DNA of 64,000 bases. Source: Antedon mediterranea (taxonomy: Eukaryota > Animalia > Echinodermata). Every line of letters begins with the position of its first letter. Position 1 is the first letter of the stretch. Made by a program: the position numbers and the translations under genes. Location of the stretch: assembly GCF_964355755.1 (NCBI RefSeq), contig NC_092671.1, forward strand, positions 1,054,001 through 1,118,000, read 5' to 3'. A model generated the notes under the pieces. The model was not told where the DNA came from and searched no databases. It worked only from the letters and a program-made list of their open reading frames with translations. Of the stretch, positions 61,101 through 64,000 are shown piece by piece.

Positions 61101-63144
61101 TACTGTATCGATGCGTTCTGTTCTCGCCCACACTCTGAACTAAAACACAAATATTATACAAAAAACAAAAAACAAAATGAGAAATTATGAACATGTTATA
61201 TTAGCCCTAAAAATGTCTGCTGTTTATGCTTATATGTTACCATATATAATTATGTGAAATTATAAAAGATGAAACAATGTTAATGTATATTATTCTTTGA
61301 AAAAATAAAATTGGGACTAACTTACAAAAGACTTATTAATAATATTTATGTATGGATATGCATAACTAAAACCAATAAATAATGACTTATTAAATAATAA
61401 ATAGCAAATAGTAATAACAGATAAGAAAAATAAAAGACCATTATTAGGATCAAGATTTAAAAGTATTTGTCTCATCTTGACTGAATTGAACAAATAAGCA
61501 AACAAAACCTAATTCAAAATAAAACCACGAAGGAATAAAAGTAATACTATTTTTGTAAATATCCAATCATTAATAACTACCAACAAATGCAATAGGCCTA
61601 CATAATTTTATTATTTATACGTTTAGCCGATTCTCCAGTGCATCTGGCAAATTCCATAAAATTTATATAATTTCATAAGCAACATTCTAAATACAGTATG
61701 TATGTGATATGTAAAAATGAATGTGTATAGCTAAACTTTCCTATGAATTTGAAATAATATTAAATGAAATGAGACTAACCGTTACATTTCTGTTTGTTGT
61801 TCCAGATTTGAAGGTAAAGTCAGATACAACAAACGCAAGCAAATACGTAGACATGGCGGGAGTTGTTTCGAATTGTGTCTTTTCCCAACCACTCCAGTCG
61901 CCAGTAAGGACTTCTGTGGAAATATTATTCATGTTGGTAATAGCCGAAAGATCACTGGGATGTATGATGGTGGTATTAAAGGTAGCCTTCATTGCTGGTT
62001 CATCAAAACAAGGAAGAGCTCGACGGGCATCTGTAGGCTGCATCTGCGTTGTGGCAATAAACCTGAAATAAAAACAATGTCAGAGGTTAAATAAATGGTA
62101 AGTTTTCCTACTAAGCGATATTTTCTCAGATCTAGAATGGTCGGTCGGAATCTGCAACTCCAGAAAAATCTCAACAAATGTTTGGTTGCTATTGTTAATC
62201 TTCCAAGTTTCAAACAGTAGGCTGATTTATAGTATAACTGGGATCGAGGTGGTAAACTTGAATTGGAGAGAGATCGCCTTTTCAGTAAATTGCCAAATGG
62301 AAGCATGCAATTCATCGGAACTACTGTATTTCATTCATCTACAAAAGATATAAGTTAAATCTGAACATTGTTATAAACAAGAAATTTACCTGGTCTCGCC
62401 AGCATCGTTTTTATAGCTACTGCGGTAGAATCCAGCAAGACCGTCCCACAAGTCTCCGATATAATCCATACTTATTTCATAGCTACGGTCAGCTTCAAGT
62501 GACGTTTCAAGTTCAATAACAAGAAATTGATATTCAACTTGATCAGTAAACGTTTTGATTTTAACGTCTTTAGACGAGTCAATGTCTGTTACAGTTAGAG
62601 TACCTTCTGTCACATTAATAGCATTCTTATGTAATTTAATGACATTTGTTGCTTCAAGACACTTAATTTCAATCTTAACTGTACCATCAAAAGTAAACAG
62701 CGTTTTGCCGCTACCAGCTGGAATGTCCTTTTCGTAGAGGTATGGCTGCAGAGTAAGTGTATAATGCTTCGGTATAATATTACTAGATAGTCGACCTTCC
62801 CAGTCCCCGCCAGATGTCGGAGAAGGACTCGGCATGTCTGGTGTAGAAGGCATCTTTTTGGTTGTGACATCTTTTACTGTTGTTGGTTTAGGTTTCTCTG
62901 TTGGGTTAGGTTTCTCTGTTGGTTTAGGTTCCTCTGATTGTTTGATAGGTTCTTGGCTGCCTACAACAGGTTCACATTCACTGGTTCTATCTGGTGCATA
63001 ATAACACAATAAACCAACGCCTGTGATGGTAATGGCTACCGTTATTGCAACAAAAAACAACTGTGCAGGGCTGCAGTAAAATCCATTTCCTTTGCGACCA
63101 GGTGTTGCGGCCTCTTCATCGACATTCATTTGTGTCATCCCCAT
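49036..63144 (-). CDS. ANPEP: Aminopeptidase N-like M1 zinc aminopeptidase, type II membrane; 15 shared exons plus one of two 2-exon terminal cassettes, 1004 aa
   Basis: Shared exons 62390-63144, 61780-62062, 61019-61139, 60178-60332, 59674-59787, 59087-59221, 58036-58167, 56321-56493, 56116-56195, 55557-55687, 54360-54563, 53873-53946, 53545-53667, 52727-52894, 52052-52192. Then either 50713-50788 + 50429-50578 or 49627-49708 + 49036-49179. Features: TM helix, P/T/K-rich stalk, [64 protein letters not shown] and EKTKANI.W as in vertebrate APN. The symbol denotes family resemblance, not proven orthology. Confidence 0.94.
49426..49612. repeat. ~23-bp tandem repeat (AACGGTGAAATGGTCAAACCAG) abutting the exon-16B donor
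   Basis: About 8 imperfect copies. Confidence 0.85.
49627..49708 (-). CDS. APN-like gene alternative penultimate exon 16B ([28 protein letters not shown])
   Basis: Acceptor ttcttttcag, donor gtaagt, 82 nt, phase 2 to 0. Same length as the equivalent exon of the paralog (20802-20883). Confidence 0.9.
50429..50578 (-). CDS. APN-like gene alternative last exon 17A ([49 protein letters not shown])
   Basis: Acceptor ttctcttctag, open frame to TAG. Minus-strand AATAAA at about 50377-50382. Confidence 0.88.
   Translation of the reverse strand, partial: LLEFGEGKDLGSVNRAFLQSVEKTKANIKWMDNNAEDVKKWLEEANLSS
50713..50788 (-). CDS. APN-like gene alternative penultimate exon 16A ([26 protein letters not shown])
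   Basis: Acceptor tttggtag, donor gtaggt, 76 nt. Phase 2 to 0 matches exon 15. Homologous to exon 16B. Confidence 0.88.
54860..55215 (-). mobile_element. Degenerate CR1/L2 LINE ORF2 C-terminal fragment
   Basis: [17 protein letters not shown]...HNYSTRN...GTHIWNNL is typical of the post-RT end of LINE ORF2. Confidence 0.65.
55308..55550. repeat. GAT-rich 24-bp-based tandem repeat abutting the exon-10 donor of the APN-like gene
   Basis: GATGATATCAAGATGATAATGAC copies. Confidence 0.85.
56543..57363 (-). mobile_element. Rex1/Babar-like (CR1/L2 group) LINE fragment with internal deletion
   Basis: [17 protein letters not shown]...[12 protein letters not shown]...NTGVPQG is joined almost directly to [43 protein letters not shown]. 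The YADD region is absent. (GACTT)n tail. Confidence 0.85.
57362..57860. repeat. ~30-40 bp tandem repeat (ATCATCAACCGTATTAATGTCGTCATC)
   Basis: About 13 copies next to the LINE 5' end. Confidence 0.88.
58328..58460. mobile_element. MITE family A copy
   Basis: TTGGTTCCCA...GACCAATCAC...ATTGGTC...GAACCAAGCTT. Confidence 0.7.
58598..58760. repeat. 20-bp tandem repeat (TTTGTTGTGATACCACGCCC)
   Basis: 8 copies. Confidence 0.92.
58939..59060 (+). mobile_element. Short Penelope-like terminal fragment containing a degenerate hammerhead motif, with 14-bp flanking direct repeat
   Basis: ACAACCATTAGATT at 58925-58938 and 59061-59074. Insert begins CTGAGGA-C-GATCAA(AGCATA)TTGATC-GAAG-CGTC. Confidence 0.7.
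60832..61035. repeat. ~59-bp tandem triplication of the exon-3 end (PLPKQ) and donor of the APN-like gene
   Basis: GGAATTA(C/A)CTTGTTTAGGTAGT at about 60894, 60953 and 61011. Confidence 0.88.
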
Positions 63145-63841
63145 GTTGTCCTGAAATGTACAAGATATTCACTGATGAACAACGATACGACGTACTTGTT
63201 TCAAGCTCGTACGATACCGTATAACTATACACAGTGGAACAAGTTCAAATAGGCGTGAAAGGGAATTTGTACCTTTAATCTGATAAGTGAGAGAATGTAG
63301 CGATATTACCATAATAAACCACACCTCCAGTAACTAAATTTTGTAACAATAATAAAATATTACGTTTAGTTGAAATTTGAAATTGATTCTATAAAAACAT
63401 AGAAGGTGATTCAGAATTTTAATAATGTCTCTCAGAAGTGGATTTCACCACCAGATATATCTTGTTTCTGTGTTACTAGTCTTTCTATCTGGCAGGGGGC
63501 AGATCATAAGATGTAACAGCCAGTAAGTGTTTACTTTGATCGATAAGTATATCATAAAGTATACAACTTATAATGCTAATCTTGCCCAGTAACTTTGCAT
63601 AGTCATAAGATAACTTAATTGTGCCAAAGGGCGTTTGGAAGTAAACAGTATTATAGTGCTATTAAAGGGCTACAAAGTATCTTAAGATGTTTTATTGCTA
63701 CTTAACGTCACATGTAACCAGGGTGGTGTAATGGTGGTCAGAAAACAAGAGGGGATTAGATGTTCATCTCTTCAATGCCAACTTAACGAAGAGAATAACA
63801 AGAAACTAGAATGAAGATTGTATTGGTATTTTTTGAGAAAG

Positions 63842-63940
63842 GGCTCTGTCTACACTATCAAACTTTATGTGACAAAACAATGTGATATTGGACACGATGA
63901 CATCATGTCACTACTATATTTGGATAGTGTAGACAGAGCT
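63842..63940. mobile_element. MITE family B (GCTCTGTCTACACTATC TIR, Harbinger-like)
   Basis: GCTCTGTCTACACTATC...GATAGTGTAGACAGAGC. Related copies at about 18205-18311, 34903-34995, 40452-40600, 43887-44008 and 53398-53504. Confidence 0.75.
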
Positions 63941-64000
63941 TAACAAACATTTAATTTACAAGTTGATCACGTTGTTTGGTTTTAAAATCTCGGTTCCCAC

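Overview
AT-rich, intron-rich animal genomic DNA. It is tentatively an invertebrate deuterostome such as an echinoderm (inferred from composition, repeat types and TAGGCCTA-rich promoter-like patches, not proven). I reconstructed four genes by hand using GT-AG sites and phase continuity. (1) A 17-exon type II membrane M1 zinc aminopeptidase of ERAP/IRAP/ENPEP type (minus, 17586-43070, 983 aa). (2) A 3-exon orphan acidic secreted protein (minus, 43471-45135, 339 aa). (3) An intronless NLR-like ORF keeping HD1/WHD/HD2 plus LRRs but lacking the NACHT ATPase and effector domain (plus, 45761-47782). (4) An aminopeptidase N-like gene (minus, 49036-63144) whose last two exons are tandemly duplicated, giving two complete alternative C-termini of identical total length (1004 aa) that differ at the YGGGSFSF substrate-pocket loop. 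This duplicated cassette is the most striking observation. Introns carry many minisatellites, several seeded on or abutting splice sites. They also hold a 1.72-kb PIF/Harbinger-like element with perfect 30-bp TIRs, a long-TIR element, two MITE families, LINE fragments and two degenerate Penelope-type hammerhead motifs. The first 17 kb has no convincing CDS.
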